Shown here: positions 11,538 to 23,900 of the stretch, piece after piece | Layout: each line of letters starts with the position of its first letter | How positions within the stretch are numbered: the stretch's first letter is position 1 | From: Macrostomum lignano | Lineage: Eukaryota | DNA: 64,000 nt | Direction of reading: 5' to 3' | Assembly: GCA_002269645.1 (NCBI GenBank) | Contig: NIVC01002241.1 | Coordinates: 126,434 to 190,433, forward strand | Translations under genes and position numbers: made by a program | The notes under the pieces: model-generated | The model's input: the letters and a program-made list of their open reading frames with translations, nothing else | Told to the model about the DNA's origin: nothing | The model's database searches: none

Positions 11538-12948
11538 ATGGCTTCAACTAATAATTCAACGGCCGCGGAGGCAACAGCTGACGCCGCAGGCCCCGACAAT
11601 TCAGCAACGAGACCGACCTACGACGAGATGATTCGGGCGGTGACCGACGAGGTGCGACGGCGTTTGGAGCAGACCAGCCTGGGCCAGCCGCAGCACCATC
11701 ACCATGTGTCCATGTGTACCAGCAGCCCCAGCAGCAGGATCGAGCTCCGGCACCAAAACCGGTCAAGATTGAGCGGTACACCCAAAACCAGGAATTCGAC
11801 GTCTGGATCCAGGCTCTCGAGGAGCGTTATGAGCTCAACGGGATCACAGACGACAGACGAAAGAAGGCGGAGGTCCTAGTGAATTTGGACATCGCCACAA
11901 CCTATCCCGCAGTCGTCAGGATGGAGCTGCCAGACAACCTAACGTTTGGTGAGTTCAAACAGCGATTGTCTGAACGCTTTACCCATGTAGCCGACACGCT
12001 GGAGTACCGGGAGCAGTTTTGGAGCTGCCAGCAAGGCAAGAATGAGAGCGTTGACGACTACGGCGATCGATTAATTGCTCTGGCCGATCGAGCGTTTCCG
12101 CACTTTACCCAGTTCAGAAGCAGGCTGAACTGGTGGATCAGTTCACGGTTGGAGTGCGAATCGCCCAGTCGGCCCGAGAACAGCTAATCCTGGTGAGACC
12201 GCAGAATCTGACTGCCGCGAGAAGGGATGTGCTACGCCTGGAGACAGCAGCTAGCCTGGCTCAGCGAGTAGCACCGCCGCCAGCAGCGAGACATGTACGG
12301 GTTCTCGAGAATGACGACAGTCAGACGCCCACTGCGGTGCAACACGACGCCAAGTCATCTCGGCCCGAGGAAAACTGGTTGCGTGAGGTGATGGAACAAC
12401 AAGCGGAAACTCTGCAAGAGCAGCGACGAATTCTGGAAACCTTAAGCAACGAAATGCGAGAGTTCTACTCTCGGGGATCGCGCGATAACGACGCCCCGGA
12501 GCCATGGGAACCAGCTCGCCATCAGCCGCGGGACTCGTGGGGCCAACGCTCCAGATGTTTGGCACCCCCAACTCCTCGCCGCAGCGCCGACGGAAGCGCC
12601 CAATTTACGACACCCGGCACACGTAATGTGCAGCATCAACAGTTCCATCAGCTTCAGCAACCGCGAGACGGCAGCAACCCGCCGCCGAGGACACCGCCAG
12701 CAGGAGGTCAACGTCGACAACATCAGCAGCCGCAGCAGTCGCAGCAACAGACGAGTTTGCGCCCGCCGCCCTATCAGCTGCGGCGGCAGAACGCAATGTG
12801 CTACAGGTGCAATCGTGAGCATCGCAGCGATGAAAGCCCGCATCGACGGTTGGCCAGCACTGTGCCCCAGCAAAACGGCAGCTCGGGAAACGGGACGGCT
12901 GGACGCGCCATCGGGGGCAGCGCCATCCAGCAGCCGAGCCAGCACTAA
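11538..12948 (+). pseudogene. gag: Gypsy gag (frameshifted)
   Basis: ATG at 11538. Capsid-like segment FDVWIQALEERY...QQGKNESVDDYGDRLIALADRAF and degenerate knuckle CYRCNREH. It is split over three frames. Confidence 0.8.
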
Positions 12949-13039
12949 AGTCCCCGCCGAGGACTTTAGTCGCTCAGCAGGCCACTGCTGAGACCGCCTC
13001 CGCTGCAGCTGTACAGAACTCTGCACCCAAGCGACCTCG

Positions 13040-14899
13040 AAGGATCCGTTTCTAACTGGTGAGATTCAGGGCCGCTATTTTGCTTTTCTGCTTGACACCG
13101 GCTCCAAGTGTGAAGTCCTAGGATTCGGCACCTGGAACCGGCTATGTACTGATGACCCAACCCTGCGTGGCCAAATTGAGCCCTGCCTGCAACGCATCGT
13201 GACCTACAATGGCGAACCAATCCAGATGGCAGGCCAACTAACTATTAAAGTTAAAATAGGAAATTCTGAGCCAACAGTCAAGTTTCTACTAGCGAAAGGG
13301 TCGCATGACAACATCCTGGGCTTCGAGTTTCTAGAGAACTACAGCACCTCACTGGATCTCGCCGCCGGGATGCTGTTCTTCAAGGACGGCGCAGCCGCAC
13401 CACCTCGCTACACGGGAACCGAAGCTACCGAATTTATACAGCCGAAAGCACTACTGTGATACCATTATCATCAGCCCGAATCAAAATCAAATTAGCAAAA
13501 GGACGAGAAGAAAACCTCGTAGGGGCCACACGATCTCGGCCGAACTCACCTGGTCACCCACAACATCGTGCTGAAGGACAAGGATCCGGTACACCTGCCG
13601 ACGCAAAGGATTCCGCCGCATCTGTTACCGAAGGTGGATCAGCTGCTAGACGACCTACTAGCCAAAGGTGTGATTAGACCGAGCTTCTCCAGCTACAACA
13701 CCCTGCTGGTGATCATCCCGAAGAAGGACGGCAGCCTGAGAATTGTGCAAGATTTTCGGAGTCTGAACCAGAAATGTGAGTACTTTCCGTACCCGATTCC
13801 TAACATTCAAAAAGCATTCGCCAGCCTCGAAGGAAGCCAGCTGTTTAGTACATTCGATTTAAACAGTGGCTACTATCAGATTCCTCTGCGTCCAGAAGAT
13901 AAAGATCTGACTGCCTTTGCCACGCTGCACCGCGGACAATTCGCCTATAATGTTATGCCTATGGGATTGAGCTCGGCGCCAGCCAGCTTCATGCGCCTCA
14001 TGAACGCTGTGCTTAACGGGATCGCCTACATAAGTGCAATAGCCTATTTAGATGATGTCATCGTTTATTCCAAGAAGTTCGAAGACCATCTGCAGCATAT
14101 GGAAGAAGTTTTCAAACGAGTTTAAGAAGCCAATCTAAAATTTAAAGGCAAGAAGTGCCATTTATTTCGGGCAAGCCTAAACTATTTGGGACACCTAGTA
14201 ACTAAAGACGGCATCAAAACCGACCCGGCGAAAATTGAAGCAATTCAGACCTGGCCAAGACCACGAACAGCGCGACAACTGAAAAGTTTTGTCTGCACGT
14301 GCGCTTATTATGCTAAATTCGTACCTGGCTACGCAGAACTTGCAGCTCCGCTCCATGATTTAATCAAGGAAAAGAAGATTCGGAATTTCAATTGTCTATG
14401 GGGAAAAGCCCAGCAAGACGCGTTCGACCAGCTCAAGGCAGCTATGACTTCGACATCAGTGCTCGCGTATCCGCAGTTCAGTGAGGATCCTGAAGTAATG
14501 TTTATCTTGGACACGGATGCTTCTGCGACCAGGATCGGAGCCTGCCTGAGCCAACGCCAAGCTGATGAGATTGAGCGCCCAATCGGCTATTTCTCCCGGC
14601 GACTCAAGCCAGCCGAAGCCAGATACCCGATTACTAAACAGGAACTCTTGGCAGTCGTAGATGGGATGCAACACTTCCGCTTCTACCTGCTGGCCAAGAA
14701 GTTCATCTGCCGAACCGATAATGCCGCGTTGACCTGGATCCTAAGGCGAACTCAGCAAGTAGGCATCTTTGGACGATGGCTACAGAGACTCAGCGAATTT
14801 GAGTTCGAAATCCAGCACCGCAAATCAAGTCAGCATCAAAATGCCGACGGTCTCTCGAAACGGCCCGAGGAAGACGCCGAATGCTTGGAGGAGACTTAG
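13040..14899 (+). pseudogene. pol: Gypsy pol: aspartic protease, reverse transcriptase, RNase H (frameshifts, stop at 14123)
   Basis: FLLDTGS at 13094; RT motifs DFRSLN, FDLNSGYYQI, MPMGL and YLDD (14045); RNase H motifs LDTDAS, YFSRRL, ELLAV and TDN. Confidence 0.93.
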
Positions 14900-15770
14900 C
14901 GCGAGGAAGCTGACAAGGACCAAAGTAAGCAGCCAGCCGCGATAACTGGCGCAGCGGCGCCAAAGGTCCACGACAGCAGCTACCCTAGCCCTCCACCGAG
15001 CAAGAAGCCATCGACCCGCCGAAATCGACGGAGGCCGCCGACCTAACCGAAAGAGTCCAACGGCGAGGCTACGCCGCCAGCAACACCGCCAGCCGACAGC
15101 AAGCCGCTGACAGAGCTGCAACCGCCGGCGACGAAGCTGAGGCCAGCTGCCAGTCGTTATCGGGACTCACGGAGGTCGCCCACCAGTTTTAGCAGTAGCA
15201 CGACATGTTGCCCTAATAGGAGCCGCTGACTACTAGCTGAAGGTGACGAGGACAGCGACCACAGTGCAGCCAGAGATGACCGCTGCCAACCCGCTCGCTG
15301 CCCTAAGTTCAAGAAGGTGAGGTTCAGCAGCGACGCCGACAGCTCCGCTGACTCATCATCATCTGCTGACAAACCCAAATCTGACAACAGTGACGCCGAA
15401 GTAACCGACAAGGATCGGCCCTTAAAATCATCAACAGCCCGGCAACCGGTTAGAGTAGCGATCATGCGGAGGGAGCTCCAGACCCCGAACCATGCCGCCA
15501 CAGCCGATGCCTCGCCAGCAAATCCTACGGACAGACGCCGAACTCTGAACTTGACAGATCATATCCCGAGGCCAGTCACTCGTGAGGAGCTCCAGACCCA
15601 TCAGCGAGCTGACTCCGCCATCGCCATGGTGATCAATCTATTGGAAACCCGACAACCGAAGCTGCCGATGAATCAACGTCTGAACATGACTAGAGACGAA
15701 CGAAACATGTTAGCATTTTACGAACAGCTCGAAGTCCGAGACGATGGACTATTAGTAATACATCTCGAAG

Positions 15771-17099
15771 ATGTTGGCGAAGAAGATAAAGCCAAGACTG
15801 CCAAGAAGTCTCGATGCCACCGTGTTTGCCGAACTGCATGATTCGCCCTACTGCGGACACATGGGCCGAGACCTCACCATCGCTAAAGTGCGCGAAAAAT
15901 TCTGGCGACCTGCCCTGGCCAAGGCAGTGTCCGACCATGTCGCTTCCTGCCAGACCTGCACTTTAAGCAAAGGACGGCGACGAATTCCGGCGCATGTACA
16001 GTCGTTCCCGGTCTACGAAATCTATGGGCGATGCGCTATCGACATATTCTGGGCACCACTGGAGACCCGACAGATCGAGAAAATGAGTACATCCTGACCT
16101 ACGTCGACACCACGTCGAAATACCCCTTCGCCTTCGCCATGAAGAACCAGCGCGCCAAAACAATAATCACGCTCCTGCAAGAGCAAGTCTTTCCGATCAC
16201 CGGAATCCCCGCTTGGATTCATTCGGATCAAGGCAAGCAATTCACAGGGCATGAGTTCCGACACTTCTGCGAAGTCTACGGCATCAGGCAGACGACGCCG
16301 CCATATTCGCCCTGGGCTAATGGACAAGCCGAATCATGCAATAAGAATATTAAGAAGGTGCTCACCTGTCTCCTAGAAGATCATCTGATCAACAGTGGGA
16401 CAAGATGCTGCCAGCCGCTTTGACTGCACTAAGATCCGCCGTCAATCGTGCTACTGGTTTCTCGCCGCACTATGTTGTCTACGGAGTGCCCACCCTATCG
16501 ACAACACCCTAGACCGCCTGGATGTATCGGCTGACCTCCCAGAGTACATTGCCAAGCATCAGCGCAGACTGGCCGAGACCGAGCGTATTGTGCGACAGCG
16601 ACTGAGAGCAGAGATCCAGCGCCGAGAAGAGTATTATGAGAACCGGCCGAGGCCAGCAGAACAGCAGCCAGGAGACCTGGTCTGCCTGGCCAACCCGAAG
16701 CTCGAGTTGGGAGAGTTGCCCAAGTTTCACCGGCCGTATAAGAGCATGTATAAGGTTGTTAAGAAAGTCGGAGAAGTCGCCTACTGGATCAAACCTGCCA
16801 CCGCACGACGAGGACGCCCAGCCGAAGTGCTTGTACACCGGAACAACATCATCAAGGTGCCGCAAATGATGGCCAAACGACCGCAGGAGCCGCAGCAACA
16901 AACTGAACGGCCAATTTTGCCCTACGAGTCGAGCGAGGAAAGCGAAGAGGACTCAGCTGATCAGCCCGCACCGGAACAGCAGGCCGCAGCTCAGCCTGAT
17001 CTGCGAGGCACCCAACTATTCGAGCCGAGCCTGTGCCATCCTGAAGTGCTAGAAGACGATCCTGACCTGCCAGACATCGGAATGGAGGTCGAAATTTAA
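15771..17099 (+). pseudogene. pol: Gypsy integrase (HHCC, DDE core, GPY/F-like tail), frameshifted
   Basis: HDSPYCGHMG...CQTC, VDTTSKY, IHSDQGKQF, NGQAESCNK, and PKFHRPYKSMYKVV. Confidence 0.9.
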
Positions 17100-17244
17100 G
17101 GTAATTAACTGCGAAATTAACTAAGTGTGCTTTCTGCGAATTTGTATTTGCACACTACTGCCAGTAGTCTTATTTGCATCTGCGCTTGATTTATTCTGCC
17201 ACTGTAAACCTTCTCTGCAGCTGCTAATGTGCTGAAGGTTAATT

Positions 17245-17445
17245 TAAAATTTTCTCTATTGTAAACTTTATGCTTGAGGGTAAAAGCAATTTTCTCTATT
17301 GTAAACCTTATGCTTGAGGGTAAAAGCAATTTTCTCTATTGTAAACCTTATGCTTGAGGGTAAAAGCAATTTTCTCTATTGTAAACCTTATGCTTGAGGG
17401 TAAAAGCAATTTCTCTTGTAATTATGCTTGAGGGTAAAAGCAGAT
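17245..17445. repeat. 40-bp tandem repeat in the retroelement 3' region
   Basis: AATTTTCTCTATTGTAAACCTTATGCTTGAGGGTAAAAGC; the period is seen at 17281, 17321, 17361 and 17401. Confidence 0.93.
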
Positions 17446-19363
17446 TCTTTTAATGTAACCTTTTGCTTCTAACAAAAGCAATTTTATACTTTTCTCCTTA
17501 AGCTTTCCGGATAAAAGCTGCAATCTATTTATTTCTATGTGCTTATGCTTATACAATGCATTACAATAAGCTGCACCCTTGCGCTCATATTTAGCCTTAG
17601 GCTTTCTGGTAAAAGCCTGCACAAATGTGTTCATATTTTTCCACATGCGATACATTATTTGTTGTGAATATCCCTTTTTCTGTTCTACGAAATTTTGCCG
17701 TAAATTTCTCTGCGCATGCCCAGAGTGCTGAAAGTTTTATGCTCATCTCTGTAACATAACACTTGTCATTTTCATTTTTTTGTAAACCCTCTTAGCTCCT
17801 TGTTCAAAGCTGAAGGAAATTTTTGTTCCACCTGCCAGTTTTTTGACTGCCCTGCCGCACCTGGGTCAGGCCCTCTTGTTCGAGGCTCTGTTCCTAGTGG
17901 GGGCATCTAAGGTGACTAGTGGCTCCTGATCTCTGTCTAGATTAAGCCTAGCCTGGGAAAATTCTTTTCCAGTGCCTTTTTCTCCTTTTGTTTGTAAAGC
18001 TCCTTATGGAGACCTGTTTGCTATTTTGGTTAGTATCTTAGCTATTCAGCTATTCCTATTATTAATGCTGGTTAGGAACCTCATTTTGCTATCTTATAGT
18101 CATTTGTCAAATTCTAACTTATGCTTGCAACTCTTTGTATTTTCCCATGCGACCCCCTTTTTGTGCGAGCCATTTGGGACCTTCTCAATTCATCGATTCG
18201 GTGTTCAGCCTAAAATGCACCCCTAACTTGTGGTTTACCATTTTATTGCCCCTTGATTTTCTCTCCACTCCAATCTCCGGGCACGACCCTACTGGAGTGC
18301 ATGAAGGGGGGTGTTTTTGTGTTTGGCTGTTTTCTGGCCCCTTTGTTTATTATCTGGCCTGCATAGAAGTATATAAGCATTTAATTTCACTGGGTTAATT
18401 TTCTGAATTTTTGTTTCTCTGGCCATCCAGCTAATAATCTGACACCCGATTTGTCCAGCTATATCATTTGACAGTTAGTTTATTTTGCCTGACACACTTT
18501 GCTCCAGATTGCAAACAGCACCAAACATGTACAGCGACCCTATGTAGAATGGCGCATTAGCGCCTTGCCGAACTGGTTGCTAACTGTACTCGGTCAATTT
18601 GGACGAACTGCGACCCAAACCACTGGAGGCTGCTTATAGCCCAGGACTTGAGATCAATGGCTTCATGGAGGCAGTGTACAGAATGCCTGTGGCACCTGAG
18701 CCAGATCTAGTGCGGCTGCTTGAGCCAGACCACCATGAGACGCCCCCACCTCTACCATTGGCCTGGACTAGCGAATCTAGTGACAGCCCTCGCGGAGCTC
18801 CAACAGCTGCCCCGCTGGTGACCCTGCGGCCCCTGCAGAAGCTCGGGCATAACATTTGGTGGAGCTACTGCTCCTGGAAGCTGAAGGGGCCTCTGCCCAG
18901 CGACAAGCCAGCGATGGCCGGAATTGGACCCTATATGCCTAGCACTTCACCCCAGCTGACGTGACCTTGGTGCTCGATATGGTTGCTGCCGCTACCGCGG
19001 CCCGGCTTGGCGATGAAACCGAGGGGCAGCAAATTGGCCCGTGCTGCACGCTGGTGGTGCTAGCCATCAATAACACTGCCACCCGCCACTGAGGGCTACC
19101 CCTGTCGCTTGAGCAACTTTGCTATGGTACCTATGTAGCCAGCGTGGCCCAAGCCTGCGGTCGCCCAAACCCAGCCACTACGACTAGCAGCTTAGAGACT
19201 AATGGTCAGGAGCCCGCCGCCTAACCTGCCACTTGGACACCAAACAGCTTGGTTGGTGGCACCTGCCTGGCCAACCAAGGTGGCCGAGCCATAGCTAACC
19301 GCGGTCGCTACCCTTAGACTAGAAGGTCTAATCATTCATCTCATGCCACGGCCTGCCGGCACA

Positions 19364-20965
19364 TGTGGTAGTTGTGGACTCCCACTAACAAATTTTTTAA
19401 TATCATAGTAACATTTTTCAGACTCTCTCATTTGCCATTGCCCTGTTTCTGGCCCTATCTGTCTACTCCCTAGCAAAATCTATGATGTGTTTTGTCCCTC
19501 TTTCTGGAATAACTGCCCTTTTCTGGTTTTTTATGCCCTTCTCTAGTTTTTTATACCCTTTTTCTGTTCTGTTTGTTTTTCTTTGTGTATCTCTGTGGAA
19601 CTTTTTGCTTGCCAAGTTCTGGGCCTTGATGTCCATGCCCTGTCCCCATTCTCTGGACCACTTTGCCTACCTTCTGCTCCTTTTTTGTTATTTAACTAGG
19701 CCTCTTTTTGCCCGTCTTTAAAAGCTCCCACCTCACTTGCTTGTCCCTTTTTTGTTTTTGTTCTTTTCCCTCTGTATTTTCTACAGAAACTTTTGCTTGC
19801 CAAGTTCTAGACCTCAGTGTCCATGTCTTGTCCCCATTCTCTGAGCCACTTTGCCCACCTTCTGCCCCCCTTTTTGTATTTATTTGGCCTCATTTGGCCT
19901 GATTCTGTAAAGCTCTTTTTTTTTCTTCTTGCTCTCCTCTACTATTAATTGCAGCTAGCTAATTTCTTTGCTTAGACTCATCTGATCTTTAATGTAAAGA
20001 CTCATACCGCAGCTCCCCTGGCATCATTTATTGTCAAGTCAACCTAAACATTAATACTTTGCCAGCCTGCTAATAATAATAAAATGAACATCAACCTACT
20101 CAATATTTTTTGCTTAATACTTAATTGAGAGCACTAGCCTATCTTAAGTTATTTGCCTATGGAACGTAAAATAACCAAGTTCTTAACTCAAAGAGAGCCC
20201 TAAGAATTCAACGTTCCATAATATGTAAATTATGGTGGCAGCACTATTTTACTGATAGTAATAAGTCAAGCATATAAGGTCCATTAATTTCAGTGTCTAA
20301 GGACCCACTCTGAGCACTTGTGCCTATTGAAGACTGCTCATCTACAACTAAAACTACCCTCTCCCTAGAATTGAGAACCCCAGCAACCGGAGTATTCAAG
20401 ACAAATTTTATTGATTTGTCTGGCATATTGCGAAGGTTTTCTGTGTACGCTGGACACATTTTTATTGAATTTTTAATTGTACGCCAATAGATTTTAAATG
20501 TAGGCCAACTTAAACAATGGTAAAAAAATCAACAAATATTTAAATTTAAATTTAAACTCCAAAAAATTGATAACAACATGAGGATTATTGTGACAATTCC
20601 AATAATTAAAATGATTGGTAAATGAGAAAATAGTAGCAGAAAAAAATGGTTTTTGAAATAACTTGACACAGAAAAAGCACAAAAAAATCTTTATATTAAC
20701 TTCTACGCCAGTTGCCATACACCAAACTGTATGCCACACTGTACACAGCCAAGAAATGTATGCTGGTATACGCCACAGAAATCAAGTGTACGCTAGAATT
20801 TTCTGGCACACACTCCACCATCTGCAAAATGGTTTGTTTGTGCAATTTTCTAGATTTAATTTATGCAAACTCAATGCTGGCAATAATTCAAAAGTCAGAA
20901 CCACCCCAATTTGGTGTCGAACCAAGCAACCTTAGACAAATTTTCATTTCTTCACCCCTACTTCA
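19364..20965 (+). repeat. Diverged, CpG-depleted LTR copy with internal insertions/duplications
   Basis: Blocks 19364-19515, ~20195-20430 and ~20845-20965 align to 10952-11469. Internal ~170-bp repeats lie at ~19570-19910. Confidence 0.72.
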
Positions 20966-23900
20966 ATATACTAGAAAAATAGACTTCAAAAAATTTGGTT
21001 ATTTATAGAAAGGATATATCTTATCCCCCATGTCCCTAGCTTAGCTGGCTATAGTCTATTAAAGGCCTTTGCAATCTAGAAAAAATATAAGCTTTTTTTC
21101 ATTGCAAAAAATAGAATTTTTTTACTTTTACATTTGTATATTAAAAAACCTAAATATAACCAATATCTAATAAAAAATAACTTGAAATATATGCTTTTTA
21201 GAGACCTTATTAGACCTAGTAAAAGAATGCATCAACTTATTATACATTAAAATATTATCAATTTTCCTATCAACTTAGCCTATAGCTTGCCTTAGCTTAG
21301 CCTTAGCTTAGGCCTATGATTAATTTTCAATCATGCCTTTCTCTTGCATAAATCTATGCTAGGCCTAGATAACTAGGAAAATCAAATGTCTTAGAGGGCC
21401 TATTTTAATTTTCAAAGTTAAATTTATACTAAATAAATAATAAATGGCTAAATGATTTTGTTTTAATTATTCAATTTATGTAACTTCTATTCAAACAAGT
21501 AAACTATGACACTATGTATGTTTGCGTTTGGTTTAATTTACGCAAGCAAGTCCGCCTCGAGCCCAGCACCACAGAACTGGACGAATGCCACCGAATTTGT
21601 CTATTCTTGCGTACAAGTGGATGCACGCAAATTCGTGACGAGATTCACCATGGACAAATTCGCCATTCGGCGAAAGCAAATTCGGCGACAAGTCTTTGAC
21701 TTTTTTATAGCTGTCTTTGAGTTAAAGAAAATTACATGTAATAAAGGCTTTCTTAAAATGCACGTGAAAGTTCTATTCACTCCGAAATTTCGATTTTACA
21801 CTAAAGCCTATATGATTTTTGATAGAAGGAATGCTACCGACCGAAATAATTGAATAGAATGAAAAACTTCTTGGAAAGCACATTTGAAAAGAAGAGGATA
21901 AAGATTGGATAAAACAAAGTCAATTTAAAAGGAGAAGTTAATGTGCATTAACGAATACTGTGCATTGACGATTATTGAATAAGATTATACAGTTTTTTTC
22001 TTTATTGACGTCGAATGTTAGGCAGAGTTTGTCACCGAAAGTGCTTTCGCTGAATTTGTCTATGGTGAATGGTGTCGGTGAATCGAATCCGGGCCAAGGG
22101 GCAAGGCCTCCTCACCTCAAGTAGTAAGACCTCAACTACTTGGGGAGTCCTTCGGTGAATCAATGTCGCTGATTTTGTTTGTCGCCGAAATGGTTAGGCC
22201 CTAGCTGAAATGACAGATATTCACCCAAGCCTTCCGGATAGGTCAAGGACTACTAAAATAAAAGGAGGAAACGAAAGGACAAAAAACTTATTTTTAACTT
22301 TTTTGCTAGTGGCTCATATTTCACATAAAGCTCTTTGTTTCTAAAATTAGGATTCCATGGTAATATAATTTTATTTTATGAGTTATGACTATGTGTATTC
22401 CTGTACTTAAAATTCTGTTGTCATTGAATTTGCTTAGGCCTACACTATATTGTATTATTAATTTTTGTTATTAAGACTATTATTAATTTTTGTTATCAAT
22501 AGTATCAAAACACATGCAAATATACAACTTTGGCCATAAACTTTACTATTTAATTTTCTATAAACTTTCCCATCAATTTTTCCATTTACTTTTCCTTTTG
22601 TAAGGAAATGCTTGGGTCGTTCTCAAAGCTAGGTCACAACTTTTTGTTATTGCAAAAAAAGTTTATACATCGACCAATAATCGTACGTACAAAAAAAATT
22701 ATTTCGACAATTTCTGTAAGAAGCTGCTACTAAAACCACAAGAAAACTTGAAATTGAGAAGAAATCAAGGCTATTTGTTATTCTTTGTTGCGGAAAATAA
22801 ACGACAAAAATATTAAAGAGAAAATAAAATTTCTTCTATTTTTATTTTAAATATGCAGTTAAATTTCTTTTGCAAAAATAAAAGAACAAGAAATTGACAA
22901 AGGAAATGTTTTTGAGCACAGCATTTTGTTACTCTGCTCTAAATCCCAGACATTTAAAATTATCGTGTGCGAAAAAGTGCGAAATTATTATAAAAGCACA
23001 TTGTGGATTTAATATCAACTGCATGTTCCTTAATAAAGGAATTCGGATTCTAGTATATATTTGATTATTTGTAGCATAATTTCTGAAAACTATAACTTGC
23101 TTGATTTTACTTTAAGTACTTATTACATTAATACTTATACCAAAGCTGCATGTACTTAAAATAAAAAATTATAGTTACTTATTAGACATTTTACTCCAAT
23201 TAACTTAAAATAATTCAAATTTATTTTAATCAATTCATTTTTTGAAACTTTTTGGAAAATAGACAAAATTGAATTATTTAATTACCAAAAACCTACTAGC
23301 TTAACTAAAATAGCAGTTAGTCTTTAAAAAAGATTTCACTTGTTAATTGAGAAAAATGAGGGTGTGCGAGGTGTAAAAATGCGAAAGAGCATGCAGGAAA
23401 CAGAGACAAACAAAAATGTAGGTAAAAGACACTGCACATGCACATAATATGATAACCAGACATAATGCGCACACTGAAACACCAGTAGCAATGACGCCCA
23501 AGCTTTTGATGATCACAAGCGAAAAGGCAAAACCCAGCCATCAATCAAAGAAGTAGACTATAGCACGCATCTTGAGTGCATCACGCATTTTTTGCAGAGA
23601 AGCTCGAAAATTAACATTGTATTCTGTGCACAACCACCAACTGCGACAGGGTCTGCCGGGGGATTTGTGGGCACGCGGTCGCGGATACAAATCGGAGGAG
23701 TCGCTGACCATTCTGAAATTACTAGCTAGTACATGTAATTTTGTGTATTAATATATTTAGCCCGCTTTATTTCTATGCTCTCGTCCGCCTCTCGTTAATG
23801 CATCCCCAGACTCATGGAATAATCAAACTTATGATCGAACTATGCATGGCTTCCGTCCCTCGCTTTGAATCTCTCACCTCCCCATAGTTCCATCAACCTT

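Larger units (their letters stand above)
10952..20965 (+). mobile_element. Ty3/Gypsy LTR retrotransposon (degenerate; the 3' LTR assignment is uncertain)
   Basis: 5' LTR 10952-11469 (TG...CA), Leu-tRNA-type PBS at 11471, and gag-PR-RT-RH-IN order. A diverged LTR-homologous copy lies at 19364-20965. No matching TSD. Confidence 0.88.
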
